Part shown: positions 1 to 14,310 of the stretch, piece by piece
Position numbering within the stretch: the stretch's first letter is position 1
How the letters are laid out: each line of letters opens with the position of its first letter
From: Epiperipatus broadwayi
Lineage: Eukaryota; Animalia; Onychophora
Reading direction: 5' to 3'
DNA: 64,000 nt
Assembly (NCBI GenBank): GCA_028023455.1
Contig: JAQFVV010000010.1
Coordinates: 11,036,001-11,100,000 of the forward strand
The notes under the pieces: generated by a model
What the model was told of the DNA's origin: nothing
Database searches by the model: none
Seen by the model: the letters and a program-made list of their open reading frames with translations, nothing else
Program-made: the position numbers and the translations under genes

Positions 1-229
1 TTTCATTCTATTTTATTTATTCATTTTATTTAATTTATGGTGTCATTTACCCAATTATTTATTCATTTTATTTAATTTATGGTGTTCATTTACCCATTTT
101 ATATCATAATCATCTTACAATTAATATTAGGTATTCAGTCTGTTCTATATTCATACTTAATATTACATGTTATCTCTATACTAGAAAATCTCTACAACTG
201 TACAAAATTTATACCAAACAATACTTCCA

Positions 230-984
<755 letters not shown>

Positions 985-1476
985 TTAGTAGTTGCTGCTC
1001 TAAAATACAATATATATATCATGATCATCAGAAGTCATTTTTAATTGCTATCATAAAACTCAGCAAAAGTTACTGAGCTACTCTTACTACCAAAATGATG
1101 AAGATGAGTTACAACTAAAACACTAGTGTTATAATATTAATAACACATGGTTGAACCTAAAAATTCGCATTTTTCGTCTGCAAAAATTTTTATTTTCAAA
1201 TTTTTAAGCGATGCAGTACAAAAGTTCCAATAGAAACATAAGTATAAATATGATTTGTTGACTAAATAGTGGATGACATTTTTCTATTTGGAATCATTCT
1301 TAGGTTTTTATTATTTAGTTTACAAATTTTATTAGCCAAAATATTATTAGGCTAATTGTAAATATGCAGAAAACACTAATCTAATTTCTTTAATCAAAAA
1401 TTATATAAGTAACTATTATTAAAGGATTGTAAAATTTAAATATTTAATTTTATATACGTTTTTTATTTTATTTTAG

Positions 1477-1705
1477 CTTCATCTAAATAAGCCAAATGAA
1501 AAGGCATGTTTTCTATATTATGGTACCAATGTAGTCCAACAGCCTATTAAACTGAACCAATTGGCAGACAAATTTATAGCAGACAGTAAACAATTTATAA
1601 AAAGCAACGTTTTAAACTCAAAACCATTCTTTTTGTATATGGCTTTTCCACATGCACATGCAGCCATGTTCAGTTCCGAAAAATTTAAAAATTCATCAAA
1701 GAGAG
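1477..1705 (+). CDS. Internal exon of an arylsulfatase (steryl-sulfatase/ARSD-like, sulfatase family)
   Basis: Acceptor ttttag|C at 1476/1477 (phase 0). Translates LHLNKPNEKACFLYYGTNVVQQPIKLNQLADKFIADSKQFIKSNVLNSKPFFLYMAFPHAHAAMFSSEKFKNSSKR(G), resembling STS-type CF...QQP...PFLL...H.H.ALFSS. Donor G|GTTTGT at 1705/1706 (phase 1). Confidence 0.9.
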
Positions 1706-3773
1706 GTTTGTGTTTCGCTAATAATTGTTTTTTTTTTTGCTAAAATTTCTACTCAGTTCATTTAATTTTTTCTAATATTTAATATAGTAATACAATCAAT
1801 TCAAGTTTAATAATATATAGCCTATAAATAAAAGAACTGTAATATAATGATTAGTACAACAATCCGCTATGCCAGAACTTGGAATCATATCCCTGTAATG
1901 CAATCTAACTAGTCATCCATTATTGCATGAGATAAGAGTATCACAATATTTTTAGATAGAAGATAAACAAGGATGAAAACCTGCTCAAATCCTTACCATT
2001 CAGAAAAAGCAAGCTTTGAAAACAATGTCTTCCCTTTCACATATTTTTAAACCATTAAAACATCACATGATCATTTTTTCTTATACCTATACAAGCTATT
2101 AAAACAACAACAATGGGATACTAGATGAGAAGACTCTGGATTAAAATACATAACATCTAGCTTCTATTAATTATTATAGCTTGCACTAGGTGGCACTATT
2201 GCCTGAGGAAAATTTGTTATTGTTTTAAGAGATACTTGTACCTGCAATGCATTATTTAAAGGCTTTTTTAAAAATCTTTTCTTCTCTCTCTATATATAAT
2301 TAACCTTATATCATATATTTTATTTTTAAAGTGTGAATATGTTAATAGGTATATATGATTGCAATTTTAAATTGTTTTAAACCATTCAGGTAAAATTAAA
2401 AAATTATTATACAAGAAATCAAAAATGCTACACAAAATCTGATTGTATGAAGTTTTGGCTGTTATTATGGTATGATATATGTACAATAGAATATTAATAA
2501 ATGCATTTATTTAATATGTAGTTATTTCTAAAAACTGATATTAATTTCTAGCACTATTTTAAAATTCAATTCAAATAACTATCAATAGGCACTTAGATTA
2601 TGATTAATTTAGTTAAAAGACTGTCCAAGAAGTTAATATCAGCTTCTAGAAAATAATATATATATATATTAATCATAGCATTCTTTTGAAGAATGACTTA
2701 AAAATTGACAAATTTTATCAATAGACCAATATTTTATCTGACATAATTATGTTTTGGATAATGAATGGATCCTCTGAATTCAACCCCTTTCACACTAGGA
2801 ATAATAATGTAGTCTTTTACATTAGTAGATGTTTTATAGATCTCTTTATTTTATGTTGTGAATTTTATAAATACACAATCATAATTAAATATTATATTCA
2901 TATCACCATGACAACATAAAATACATATTATAAAAGGTAAAGATAATTTCTATTTAAATTGCAACCTTTGCATATATTCTTAAGCATTACAAATATAAAA
3001 ATTAAATAGATAATTAACAATCATATGTGTGATTCTATGTAATCATATGAGTAAATCTTAATATTCTCTGGCAAACACCACTTAAAACTGACAAAATGTG
3101 TAAAGATTGCAAATGAGATATAAATTGTCTGACTTTGTAAGATATGTTTAACGTTGTGAAACTGATTTGAATATGAAATTTAATTATGATTGTATGATTA
3201 TAAAATTTACACCACGAAATAAAAAGCCCACAAAAACATCTATTAATACAATAAACTATATTTCTAATGTATTATAGTTATAGATATTCAAATCTCCTTA
3301 TCCCTGGTGAGAATAAATTATCTGAAATATATTTATGTAATAAGAGATTGGTCTGCTTTCTTATGTTGTATAGAGTTTTTCCAATTTTAAGTAATTCTGA
3401 CAAAAGAGCACAGGATTTCATCACATGATTACATATAATCTGACTAGATTTTTAATTACACATATATATATATGTTAAAAAGTAAACAATTGAAATAAAT
3501 GAGTAAATTCATATAATAATAAAAGTGCCTAGAAAGCATGTTACTAGGCAACCACAAAAATATATAAAATTAAGATACTCACCCACCAAATGCCCAAACA
3601 AATCTTACCAATCATTGTCAAAGCTAAATTATGTATACAGCCTCAACTCTTTGAATAGATATTATCTCAGACAATGATAAATAGTGGATCAAAATTACAA
3701 ATTAGATAAGAAGTTAATGGAACTTTATTTCTGTTAGCTTAAATTAAATGATACCAAGCTATTAATATTATTT

Positions 3774-4720
3774 AAACAGGCAAAACTCTCCATACAGTAG
3801 TGCCACTCAGTGCAAGCCAGAGTAATCAATGGATGCCAGAAGGCTTGCACATAAAATCCCTATCCAGTGCCTACTCATCCAATATCTCCAGACTAGTTTC
3901 TGGCTTGTGGCCTTCATCAGTGAAGAGCTTTGGATTTGAGAGAACTGCATTTGGATCTTAGGATCTAATGCAACCCTCAAAAAGCCACCTTTTATCTCTA
4001 CTTAACTACAAAACTATGAGAATCAAATTAAAAACACAATAATATTTTCAATCTAAGCCCATTAGCCTATGTAGTCATATGGGTCTGAACTCAGTTCAGT
4101 ACCCATACATTTTGGTGTCTTTGCTTCTTTAATAACCATAGCCATCACTATTCTATTAGGCAGAATTGCTTGTAAACCACTGAACTTCACATGATCACCA
4201 TTTCTTATGCTTGCTCATAACTGTTATTAAAACAGGCAAAACTCTCCATACAGTAGTGCCACTTAGTGCAAGCCAGAATTATCAATAGATGCCAAAAGGA
4301 TTGTGCATAATATCCCTATCTATTTCCTACTCATCCAAAGACACCAAAATGTATGAGTACTAAACTGAAATTAGACCCATATGACTACATAGGCTAATGG
4401 GCTTAGATTAGAATATTATTCTTTTATATTTGATTCTCATAGTTTTGTAGTTAAGTAGAGATAAAAGGTGGCTGATGGAGGGTTGTATTACATCCTAATA
4501 TCTAAGTGCAGTGCTCTCAGATTTAAGGCTTCTCACTGACGAAGGTAGTCTGGGGATATTGGATGAGTAGGCACTAAATAGGGATTTTATGCACAAGCCT
4601 TCTGGCATCCATTGATTACTCTGGCTTGCACTGCGTGGCACTACTGTATGGAGAGTTTTGCCTGTTTTAATAAGTTATGAGCAAGCATAAGAAATAATGA
4701 TCAGATGATATTCAGTGGTG
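3774..4720. mobile_element. Family A (HHR retrozyme-like) composite: ~1.2 tandem units plus an inverted partial unit
   Basis: ACAGGCAAAACTCTCC recurs at 3776 and 4232 (period 456 bp); an inverted arm runs ~4339-4720. Confidence 0.9.
3877..3935 (-). ncRNA. Type I hammerhead ribozyme, intact core (family A)
   Basis: Minus strand reads AUCCAA AGC UCUUCA CUGAUGA AGGC CACAA GCCA GAAA CUAG UC^ UGGAGA UA UUGGAU. Confidence 0.8.
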
Positions 4721-5484
4721 TATTATTACTATTATATATCAATATACAATAAATATGCCAATAAATAAACTAGCTATCATATATAATTAAGTTCCTCATT
4801 CACAACTCATGTTTTAATACCCAGTCAAATCTTATTAATCATTATCAAGGCTAAATTATATACAGATAAAAAATAGAATTCCATTTTCTATCCCAATCTA
4901 AGCTGGTTAAATAGATTGTAACTAGACAATGATATATAATGAAGCAATATTAAGCAAATCAGGCTAAATAATTTAAATTGTTTACAAGGCATAGTTAATA
5001 TTTATTAAAGTTTATATTTTAAAAATCAATCTATTCTACTTTAAATAAATGTATAATAAACCAAAGATGTCATTAATTAAACTGGCTATCATACATAATT
5101 ATGTCACTCACTTCCAAATCATGTTTACTATGCTCTGCTAGATCTCATATACCATTATCAAGATTAAATTATAAAAATGGCATTCCACATTTTACGTTAT
5201 ATACTCATCTAAATTGTTCAAATAGATTCTAACTCAGATAATGAGAAATAACAGAGATAAAATTATAAATCAATCAAATAAAAAAAATGTAACTTTATTC
5301 CAGTCAGCTTAAATTAAAATTCTCAACTGGTATATAATTTTGCTCCATTATTTGTCATTGTGGATGGTTACAGTAAATAGAATTCCCTTTATTGATGAGA
5401 ATTGATGATTATGTTAAGTGTGACTTGGGGGTGAGTTATATGACTGTCAGTTTAATTACTGGCACATATGATATTATTATAGAA

Positions 5485-6269
5485 CAGAGGTGGCCAAACT
5501 TTTAGACATTAGGGGTGACTTTTTTGATGAAAGTGTACCTGAGAGCGCCTATATTTTTTTTCAAAGTGTCGAATCGGAAACCAGAAAAAAACATTTTTGC
5601 CAAAACAAAAACTGGAATGGGAAAAAATAATGGTTTGAAGTCCTGTTTTTTTTTTTTAGAATGTACTTACAAATTGGTGTTTTTTTTATAATGGCTTTTT
5701 AGGTATTCACAAATATTGGTGATGTTTTTAGAAGATACTTATGAACTGATGAATTTTTTTCTATATATGAACTATTGAAGATATTTTGCTATGATTACTG
5801 TTAAACTACCTCAGATCTCTCTAGTATTACAATTTTTCCATGTTGTTTTATAAAATATTCATTAAATTACTATATAAAGTGTTTTAAAAAGTTCACAACT
5901 TCTTTGTTTTAAAATCAGTTCATTAAAATCCTTTTTTCTCCAGGACAAGTTATTTTCATTTCTCCTCTAGAAAAATGGCAATTAAATAATTTTAAGAATT
6001 TTAGCTCTAGCATTATAAAAAAATAACTTAATTCTTTTCAGCTTCTTCCAACATGTGTTTATTTTTGAGATCGACAATAACAACAGGTGTTATTTTAAAT
6101 TTAACTATTTTTACATGAGAATTATTTTGAATTTTTACTTTCTTTATTATTTTTTATATTCAAATCATCTCTGAATTTATCACTATAATTATCAATGTTA
6201 ATGTAAGTTTCGTAGTCAACTTCCAGAGATTCAACTGGTAAACCACTGTTGACATCTTGGCCACCTCTG
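5485..6269. mobile_element. Non-autonomous hAT (Charlie/Buster-like) element
   Basis: 13-bp TIRs CAGAGGTGGCCAA / TTGGCCACCTCTG; 8-bp TSD TTATAGAA / TTATAGAT (7/8, central TA). Confidence 0.85.
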
Positions 6270-6529
6270 TTATAGATTGATATAAAGGAAAACAATTTGC
6301 TTGCAAGATATCAATGAAAATGAATAACTATTATTTCTATCTTAAAACCATTTAAATTGACTGGAATGAAAGTAAATTGACTGATGATAATTTCATTCCA
6401 CAGACACTCTGTAATTCTGTGTCTAAGAAAATTTACTTAAATCCTTTGGATTATTTTATTTTTTAGACAATTTGGAAATTATCCAAATAGCAGCATCTTT
6501 AAGCTTTGGAAAATACTGATGTTATTTTA

Positions 6530-6980
6530 GATAACAAAAAACAACAACAACACAGTTATTGTTATTGACAGATACAAAAAACTTATATAATATTAATAAA
6601 TGCCTAGTGCTTTTGACCTAAATCTTTATCAAAGCCAAAAACTGTATATTATAAAAACTAATCAATAAATGTTGAAATGGCTATTATGTAAACCAAGATA
6701 ACTAATAGGAAAACTAGTCAATCAAAGAGTACTTTTGATCACATATGATTCTTTAATTTTATATTTTTTATCCTGTGTCTCTAAATTGTCTAGTTTTCCT
6801 ATTAGTTCTTCCTGGTCTATGTAATAGCTATTTCAACATTTATCAATTAGTTTTTATATACATTTTTTGCCTTGATAAGGACTTAGGTTGAAAGTGCTAA
6901 GCATTTATTAATATTATATAAGTTTTTAGTATCTCTATCAGTAACAACAGTCATTATGTTTTATTTTTTGTTATTTCAAA
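6530..6980. repeat. Foldback (inverted) repeat carrying a minimal U3:A8 hammerhead relic in each arm; Penelope pLTR-like
   Basis: Arms ~6530-6722 and ~6785-6980. Consensus of 6601-6636(-) and 6868-6904(+) is UGCC UUGAUAA G GAC UUAG GUC GAAA GCGC UA^ GGCA. Confidence 0.7.
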
Positions 6981-7544
6981 TATAAGACAAGAAGTATTTG
7001 TTTATTATATTTATAATATCACTTTATAATTTGATACTTTCTATAGTCATAATTTTGGATTTTTTTTTAATTAAGAGCTTGGATTTGGATAATTGTAAAA
7101 CATATAACTACGAATATGATAAATGCATAATATACAAAACAACATAAAAGTAAAAAAATGACCCTGATTCATGCCTTATATAAAAATTATACGCAACTCA
7201 GAGTGGTCCAATAATTAGTACTCATATAAGAAACTCCATTGCTTATTCTCTAAATGGAAGTACTAAATTCTTATAATTACATTAATATTTTGATTTTGAG
7301 ATATATCTAAAAGCTGCTAAACACCATCTTACCACTTATTCAAATAAAAATATATATTATAATAATAGTCAGAAGTACTTTTAAAACAGTATACATATTT
7401 CAAATAATCTATATCACACTTAATATCATAAAATTCAATTATTTGAATTATTAAAAAAATTTATATAGGTTTTTATTAATATATATATATATATATATAC
7501 ATATATTATATGTAATAGTACAATACCCATTATAGAAAATATTA

Positions 7545-7735
7545 TATATAAAAACATATAAACATATATAATTAATGGTATAAACAATATTGTAGAAGCG
7601 CTTTCGATTACGCAGTAATTCTCATCAGCTTTAAATTCAGTTAAAGCTGATGAGGATTACTATGTAATCGAAAGCGCTTCTACAATATTGTTTATACTGT
7701 TAATTATATATGTTTATACATATATGATTTTTATA
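7545..7735. repeat. Palindrome with a minimal hammerhead core on each strand (7596-7628 minus, 7647-7680 plus)
   Basis: Plus strand: CTGATGA G GATTAC TAT GTAATC GAAA GCGC TT; the mirror copy is on the minus strand. Stem I is weak (2 bp). Confidence 0.75.
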
Positions 7736-7764
7736 GTTTATAGATATAAATGATATACTTTTCA

Positions 7765-8080
7765 GATTCATCCACGTATGATTTTTATTATAATTATACT
7801 GATATTTTGGCTTGACCATACTAGCCATCAACTGTATAGATTACTAAAAATATGGTTGTAAAGATGCTCAAAAATACAAAAATGCAACATGGTTTATCAT
7901 TCTTATAATTAAGCTGTGAGTACCTATCTAGAATGCAACTCTTAGAGGAAATGGGTAATATGTATCCAGACTTTAACATAGTTATAAATCAATGTTTGCA
8001 TAATTCACCCACTTGATGTCTTATATGATTAAGCTGAAACATTAGTACATTTATAATAAAAATTATATATGGATGAACCC
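7765..8080. mobile_element. MITE-like element, superfamily unassigned
   Basis: Imperfect ~28-bp TIRs TTCATCCACGTATGATTTTTATTATA / TATAATAAAAATTATATATGGATGAA. Confidence 0.5.
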
Positions 8081-9165
8081 AAAAAATACAGATACAATTG
8101 CCAGTATATATATCATTAGATAAAAATAATAATAAAAATATCCCAATATTTATTACCAGAATATTCTTCTTAACGAAAAAAAAAAAGAGTAGATATATTT
8201 TTTCCACAACTTCAAATATAGAGTAGATATTTTATTTTATGCTGCAATATTTATTATTGGTTTATTTTTTATTCATTTTGATGCATCTATAATAAGGCAT
8301 CCAATACCATATTGCCTCTTATTTGATTTAGAGTTACTGCTTGTATATTGTAATTCACTATAAATTTAATATATGATAATCAATCACTTTTTCATGATGT
8401 GTTTCTTCAAGTTTTTGGGCTTACAGGTCAGGATTTTAATTTATTATACTGTAGAACAGATGACACATATTTTCATACATACACATACATGCAGAACTCT
8501 TAACTAAGTCATTCTGGGTACATATTACTCCTTTCTTCTAAGATTTGCACTCCAAAAGATACAACCCAAATAATTTTGCTCAACAACCCATCATAAGAAT
8601 GATAGCTGTGTAGACATTTTTGTTTATAGTTGTCAAGAGACTTATAATAAAATTATTGCTTCAAAATGCTGGATTGGTATTTCCTGAGATCAGACATTAA
8701 TGGTTATTTTGTGACCTTTTCTTACTATTTGCAGTTAATATGACAGTGTAGAGAGATCTATCTAGGTGAATTTCTAGGAATAATGAATAATATGAAATTA
8801 AACTAGTTCTCAGTTGTTTTATAGTTTCTTTTTCTATTCATTTGTACTAATAAACCAGTATATTGTTTTATAAACAGCTTTGGGTTTTTATCTTCGATCA
8901 TGAGGTGTTTTTCAATTCTGATTTTGGTCCACAATTATTTATCAATAAACTTTTTTAATTAAAATTTTATAGAACTCTGTTATCCTTCTTTTCAAATTTG
9001 CAAAAGTTGATTTTTATAGTATATTTTACTTTCCATAATCATATATTTTGCACAATTTTATATTATTAGACTATACCATATTCAAATAATGAATTATACA
9101 GTACAGTTTTAACAAATTCTAGTCATGATTTACTGTTTTCAGAATCTCTCTTATATATTATACAT

Positions 9166-9451
9166 TAATAATCAGAAAATAATAAATTCTTTACAACAGC
9201 TATATAAATATAGACATTTTTTATACATTAAAGGCCTTTTTTAGCACCTGATTTGGTGCCCTTTTCAAATGTTAATCTATTACATTAAATTAAATTAATA
9301 TAATAACATAATAGATTATTAGTAAACAGGAAAAAAATCTCCATGTAGTTGAAAAGGGCACCAAATCAGATACTGAAAATGGCTTTTAATGTATAAAAAA
9401 GTTTGATATTTATATAGCTGTTATAAAGAATTTATTATTTTCTGATTATTA
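9166..9451. repeat. Foldback repeat with U3:A8 hammerhead relics (9225-9272 minus, 9349-9392 plus)
   Basis: Two-arm consensus ACAU UUGAAAA G GGCAC caaaucag GUGCU GAA AAAGGCCUUU A^ AUGU. Confidence 0.65.
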
Positions 9452-9699
9452 TTTTATGAAAGAAAACCATAAAGATATTTATTTTTTCCCAATTTTAATG
9501 ATTATATTTAATATAATATTCAATCTAAATAAGATTAAAACAAACAATTAATTATAATTATAATTATTTAAATATCAAACCGGCTTTCATCTCTTATTGA
9601 GACCTTTTTAAAATATAAAGTTTTATACACACATGATGTGATGTACTGTGACTTCTCCTTATACGGAGTCAGGAATCTCTCAGCAACTATGGCCAGAGA

Positions 9700-10320
9700 A
9701 ACCTGTTAGCCACTTTACCTTCCCTTTCCATTCTCCACCCTAAATTTTCCCATAATCAGCTCCATCCCATTTCCACAACATAATCTTTGTCAACTCCATG
9801 ACCTTCATATCTAAACCCCCCTTATCTTTTCCCAAACCTAGCATAAAAACCAATAACTCACTTTCTATATAATCATTTGTACCCTTTCTGCTTTCAAGCA
9901 TTTACATTGAAGTAACAGATGCCTAATATTTTCTATGCCTTCCTTACACAACTTGCAGACTAAATCACCCATATTTTTCCATTTACGTGTATATTCCCTT
10001 GTTGCTAAAGATCCCGTTCGAACCTTAAACAATAAACTACTTTCCTTACTATTATCATAAATTAACTCACACTCAATGTTCCATTTACTTCTATATATAT
10101 TTAAACTCATTTTACTCTTCATAATAGTTCTCCATCTCTCCAACTCCCTATTCTTTATTAATGCATCTATTCTTCCATCCCACTCTTTATCACTATAACA
10201 CTCAACAATCCTCCTAACACAATCATCCCACCTTTTGTACAAGTATACTGACATAAATTCTTTATCCAAATCTTCTGCATATCGCATTACCTTTCTCACC
10301 CATCTTGCACACATGACCAA
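9700..10320 (-). mobile_element. 3' fragment of a non-LTR retrotransposon (RT C-terminus plus Cys/His knuckle)
   Basis: ORF 9865-10320(-) contains LFKVRTGSL...CKLCKEGIENIRHLLLQC, typical of the zf-RVT-like ORF2 tail. Confidence 0.75.
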
Positions 10321-10374
10321 TTAATTACACTCATTCTACCTACTGGACATTTTTTACCTTAAACAATATATTAG

Positions 10375-10575
10375 GGGTTTGAATTCAGACTTTCACACCC
10401 TCAACTATCCATGCTATCTCATACTGTTGACATACTTGATCCCACATGTCGTTGGTGATTATTTATCTTTTTGACATGTGTGTGATCAAATGTTCATCAG
10501 TATGAGATAGCGTGGATAGTTGAGGGTCATGTGAAAGTCTGACTTCAAACCCCTATATATCACATATTGGAGTGC
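10375..10575. repeat. Family Y foldback (short arms)
   Basis: CAGACTTTCACACCC...ATCTCATACTG and its reverse complement; the same sequence occurs at 52155-52535 and is related to 48320-49390. Confidence 0.7.
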
Positions 10576-10849
10576 AGGTATGAAAAAGCCTGTACTATAG
10601 GAAAAAAATAATATCTTAAACAATATTATTAGTATTATATATATATAACCTATAAATAAATAAACAAAACAAAATACAATACATAACAAACTTTAAAACA
10701 TTATATATGATTTGCTTTTTTGATTATTTAAAACCATACAAATACATATATTTTTATATACCTATATAAAAATAAAAAAAAATTTATTTTTTAAATATTT
10801 TTTAAAAATATTTTTAATTCCCCTTCCCCTTTTCACTTCTATAAATTTC

Positions 10850-11770
10850 CATTTATAATTTTACAATAATTTTTAAATCTTTCAATTATCTAATGATACC
10901 CATTTTCCACATAATTTTCCTGGATCTTTAATTATATTAACACATGTGTTTCAGTTATTAACACATGTATCTAAATTTGCCTGAATATATAAAATTTCAT
11001 AAAATATTCTTTTATGATAATCTTTAACATATAACTTGAATATTCTTCTCACATTCCATTTTATGACCAGTATCTAATGTATATATGGTTCTGAACTATA
11101 TTTTCACATCCAAATTTTATAAACTACCCCTACCTGGTAATTCTTCTTTTACTAACTTTTTATATATCTCCTTTAAATATGGAATAGATATCCAATTACA
11201 ATCTTTATATTTACTCCTATCATACTTATTTCTATTATTTACATTTTTATTCCCCCAAACCCTTCTGATTATTTTTTGTACTGTATTTTAACATAATCAT
11301 TATTTATTTTTAATTTTTGTGCATATGCCTCTTTCTTATTTACGTAGGTTTATCATTTTAAATCTTAAATCCCTTTAAAACACCTATTTTTTGAGACCAT
11401 GGTTGGTATAACTTTGGATCAATTAAACTCCTAATTTTCTTATCTTTAATATAATATTTAACCACTATTTTATTCATCACTCCTCTTTCCACAAAAATAT
11501 CTAAATATTTTAATCCATTTATCTCTTTTTTCACTATAAACTTAATTTTATCTTTATTATTATTCAATTCATTAAAAAACCTTATCAATACTTCTACTAT
11601 TTCCAATAAGAAAAATATCATCCACATACCTATAATACTCTATAATTCCTTTATTTTTTATAAACTCATCTACTATATTTTCTTCTATACTACTTACAAC
11701 AACTGATGATGATATCTCACTTATTGAACAACCCACAACTCATCTCTCTTCTATACTACAAAACTTCTTT
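10850..11770 (-). pseudogene. Decayed Penelope-like element: RT plus GIY-YIG endonuclease remnant
   Basis: Minus strand shows YYRYVDDIF (~11620-11645), KIKFIVKKEINGLKYLDIFV, WISIPYL, and GVVYKI.C...IYI..TG (~11065-11130), with frameshifts and stops. Confidence 0.75.
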
Positions 11771-12629
11771 ATTTTTGGCTTTATCAATGAAGCAAACTGT
11801 ATGCTACATAATTAAGCTTAATCACAAAAATGACACCTCCTTTTTCTATGCTCAACTTGTAAAATAGATAATTCAACATTCTTTGCTGAGTAAATAGCAC
11901 AAAATTAAGCAGAAATAAATTTTTAAATATTAAATGCATTAAAATATATTCTATATCCAGCTATAAATGATTTCAATAATCATGTACTCACACCTTTTGA
12001 CTTGACTTAAAAAGATATGTTCCAAATTGCCATAGCTTGAAATTGGTATAGGGGTGGAGACAATCCTAGATAAAGATGATTTGAATGTTTTCTCATGTAA
12101 CATTTATCATTAAAAAAAAAAGCTTGTTTAGAGTTATTAGCATGCCCTTTATTTTACATATTTGTAAATGCAAGCTATATAAGTCATGTGACATATGACT
12201 TTATTTTATTATATATATTGAAATAAATGTTTTATGGATTGTTGGTATATCCAGTAAATAGAGAAGCTTTAACTTTCGTTATTACCAAGAAATTCTCAAT
12301 TACTACTAATTGACAATTCCTGAGGCTAAGCAAGTTTTACTCATAAACCTATAATAGCTCATTTGTTGGTGGTCTTTTGTTGAAGTATTATATATTCTCT
12401 TCATTTTATATCTTCTTTTTACATTGATAAAATTATAAAACAATAAAATAAGTCTACTTTTTTAAAAACATTATAATAATGCTTAATTTATTTTATACTT
12501 GATTAAGACAATTTTGACTGACTGGCAATCTTTTTCAAAGCTAATATATATATAAGTGTAAACATTAAAAGCATAAAGCTAAAGTAGTCAATAAATAATC
12601 AAAATTACCCCAAATCCAAAACTCAATAT

Positions 12630-12810
12630 ATGCAAAGATAGTTTTTTTAATCGATATTAACAATACTAAATAAACATTATATTCTATTATAAATTCAATC
12701 CTCTTTATATCTTATCGAATATATATGACGGGATATAAAAAGAATTCAATTTATAATGAGATGTAATTTTTATTTAGCATTATTTATATTGATTAAAAAA
12801 ACTATCTTCT
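12630..12810. repeat. AT-rich imperfect inverted repeat
   Basis: AAGATAGTTTTTTTAATC...AATTCAATCCTCTTTATATC mirrored by GATATAAAAAGAATTCAATT...GATTAAAAAAACTATCTT. Confidence 0.55.
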
Positions 12811-14149
12811 TATACAATCATGTGTACACTAATATATTTTAGTTTTGAAACTGGTCAGTCAAAACAGTCAGGCGAAGTATAAAATAAAATATTATTATAG
12901 ACTTAAAAGAAAAGTGGATTTATTTAATTGGTTTTTTTCCCCTGCTATTTTAAGGATTGTTCTCAGTTCGTGGGATTACAATTGTCAGAATGATATAAAT
13001 AAAGCATATACGAAATGTTAAATCTTTGGGAAAAGAAAATAACGCATTGAAATTTCATTATCTTAAACATTTCTTTGCCTGTATTTAAAAACACTTTGTT
13101 TTATCCATTTTATCAACCTCCTTACCCACTAAATACTTTCCTTATGTAATTAATTCTCAGTTCTTTTTTATTATATACCGTATATAACAAATATGATAAT
13201 AATTATATTTTTTGGAGTAAGCATGAATTTAAATATTATTCAGAATTTTATTTCCAATTTATATCCACCCAAATTATTTTAAACAGTTAATTTTTTTTAC
13301 ACTTCTAAATACATTATTATAAACACGTACAATTAGTTATTTATAAATGCAATTAGTTCAAATGTTTTTTAAAAATTTATCTATTTACTTGAATGGAATT
13401 GACAAAGACTGAATTCGATAAGGAGAAAATTCACCAAAGTAGAAAATACATTTTGCAAATAAATTTATTCATAATCAATTTGTTTACTTTTAATCTTTTC
13501 ATTTGTGCCATCTGGTTTTTAATACTGGAAATATTAATAGTGATTAGTAACAAGAATATATCGTACTTTAATTAATACAGTACTTTAAAATCATATTGAC
13601 ACTTTATAAAGATAGAAGAATGAAAATACATTTGGAAATTAAATCATAAAACGAGCAAGCGATTTATTTACATGTAATTTATGAAGGATTTCTTTCAATC
13701 ATTTGACAAATTTATTTATTTATGCATAGCACAAGTGTGTGCATACGCGCAAAAATAAACTCATTTACAGATCTAAAAACATTAACAATAATGTAAAATA
13801 ATTAAATATGTAAAAATAAGTTCAACTAGTTAGCTACAGATGTAAAGTAAAGTTCAATAATAAAAGTTATAACGACTGTAAAATGAAATATACAAAAGTT
13901 GAATACAATTCAAATGACAGTAGGCATGATGAGAAATTAGTTCTAGTAAACAAAGGATTAATGAAATCAGGTGTCATATTTGAAATATGTGTGGACCATG
14001 CAAGTCATAAACATGAATTCTTGTGTGTAGCTTATAATATAAAGAATATAGTCCATGCAGAAATGACATTTTTTGTTTTACAGTATGAATGTTATATTAT
14101 ATAGTCTTTCTAAATTCTTTTCTTCCTCCTTTTGTTTTTGCTGTCTTCA

Positions 14150-14310
14150 TATATAATATTGAATTTCAAAAATCTAACACTTTTCACTTTTCAACAAAAA
14201 AACTTTTATTATAGATTACAGTTTCAACCGTACTATGCAGTCTTCATCATAATAAAAGTTTTTTTGCTGAAAAGTGTAAGATTTTTAAAATTCAATATTA
14301 TATATGAATG
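14150..14310. repeat. Foldback with decayed hammerhead (14213-14250 minus), same family as 50746-50927
   Basis: Minus strand ATGATGA A GACTG CATAGTA CGGTT GAAA CTGTA ATCT, inside the shared arm CAGCAAAAACTTTT. Confidence 0.6.

Noticed and set aside
2372-2396. TTCAG|GTAAAA as a recursive splice site
   Set aside because: Weak pyrimidine tract; such motifs are expected by chance in 53 kb of AT-rich DNA.
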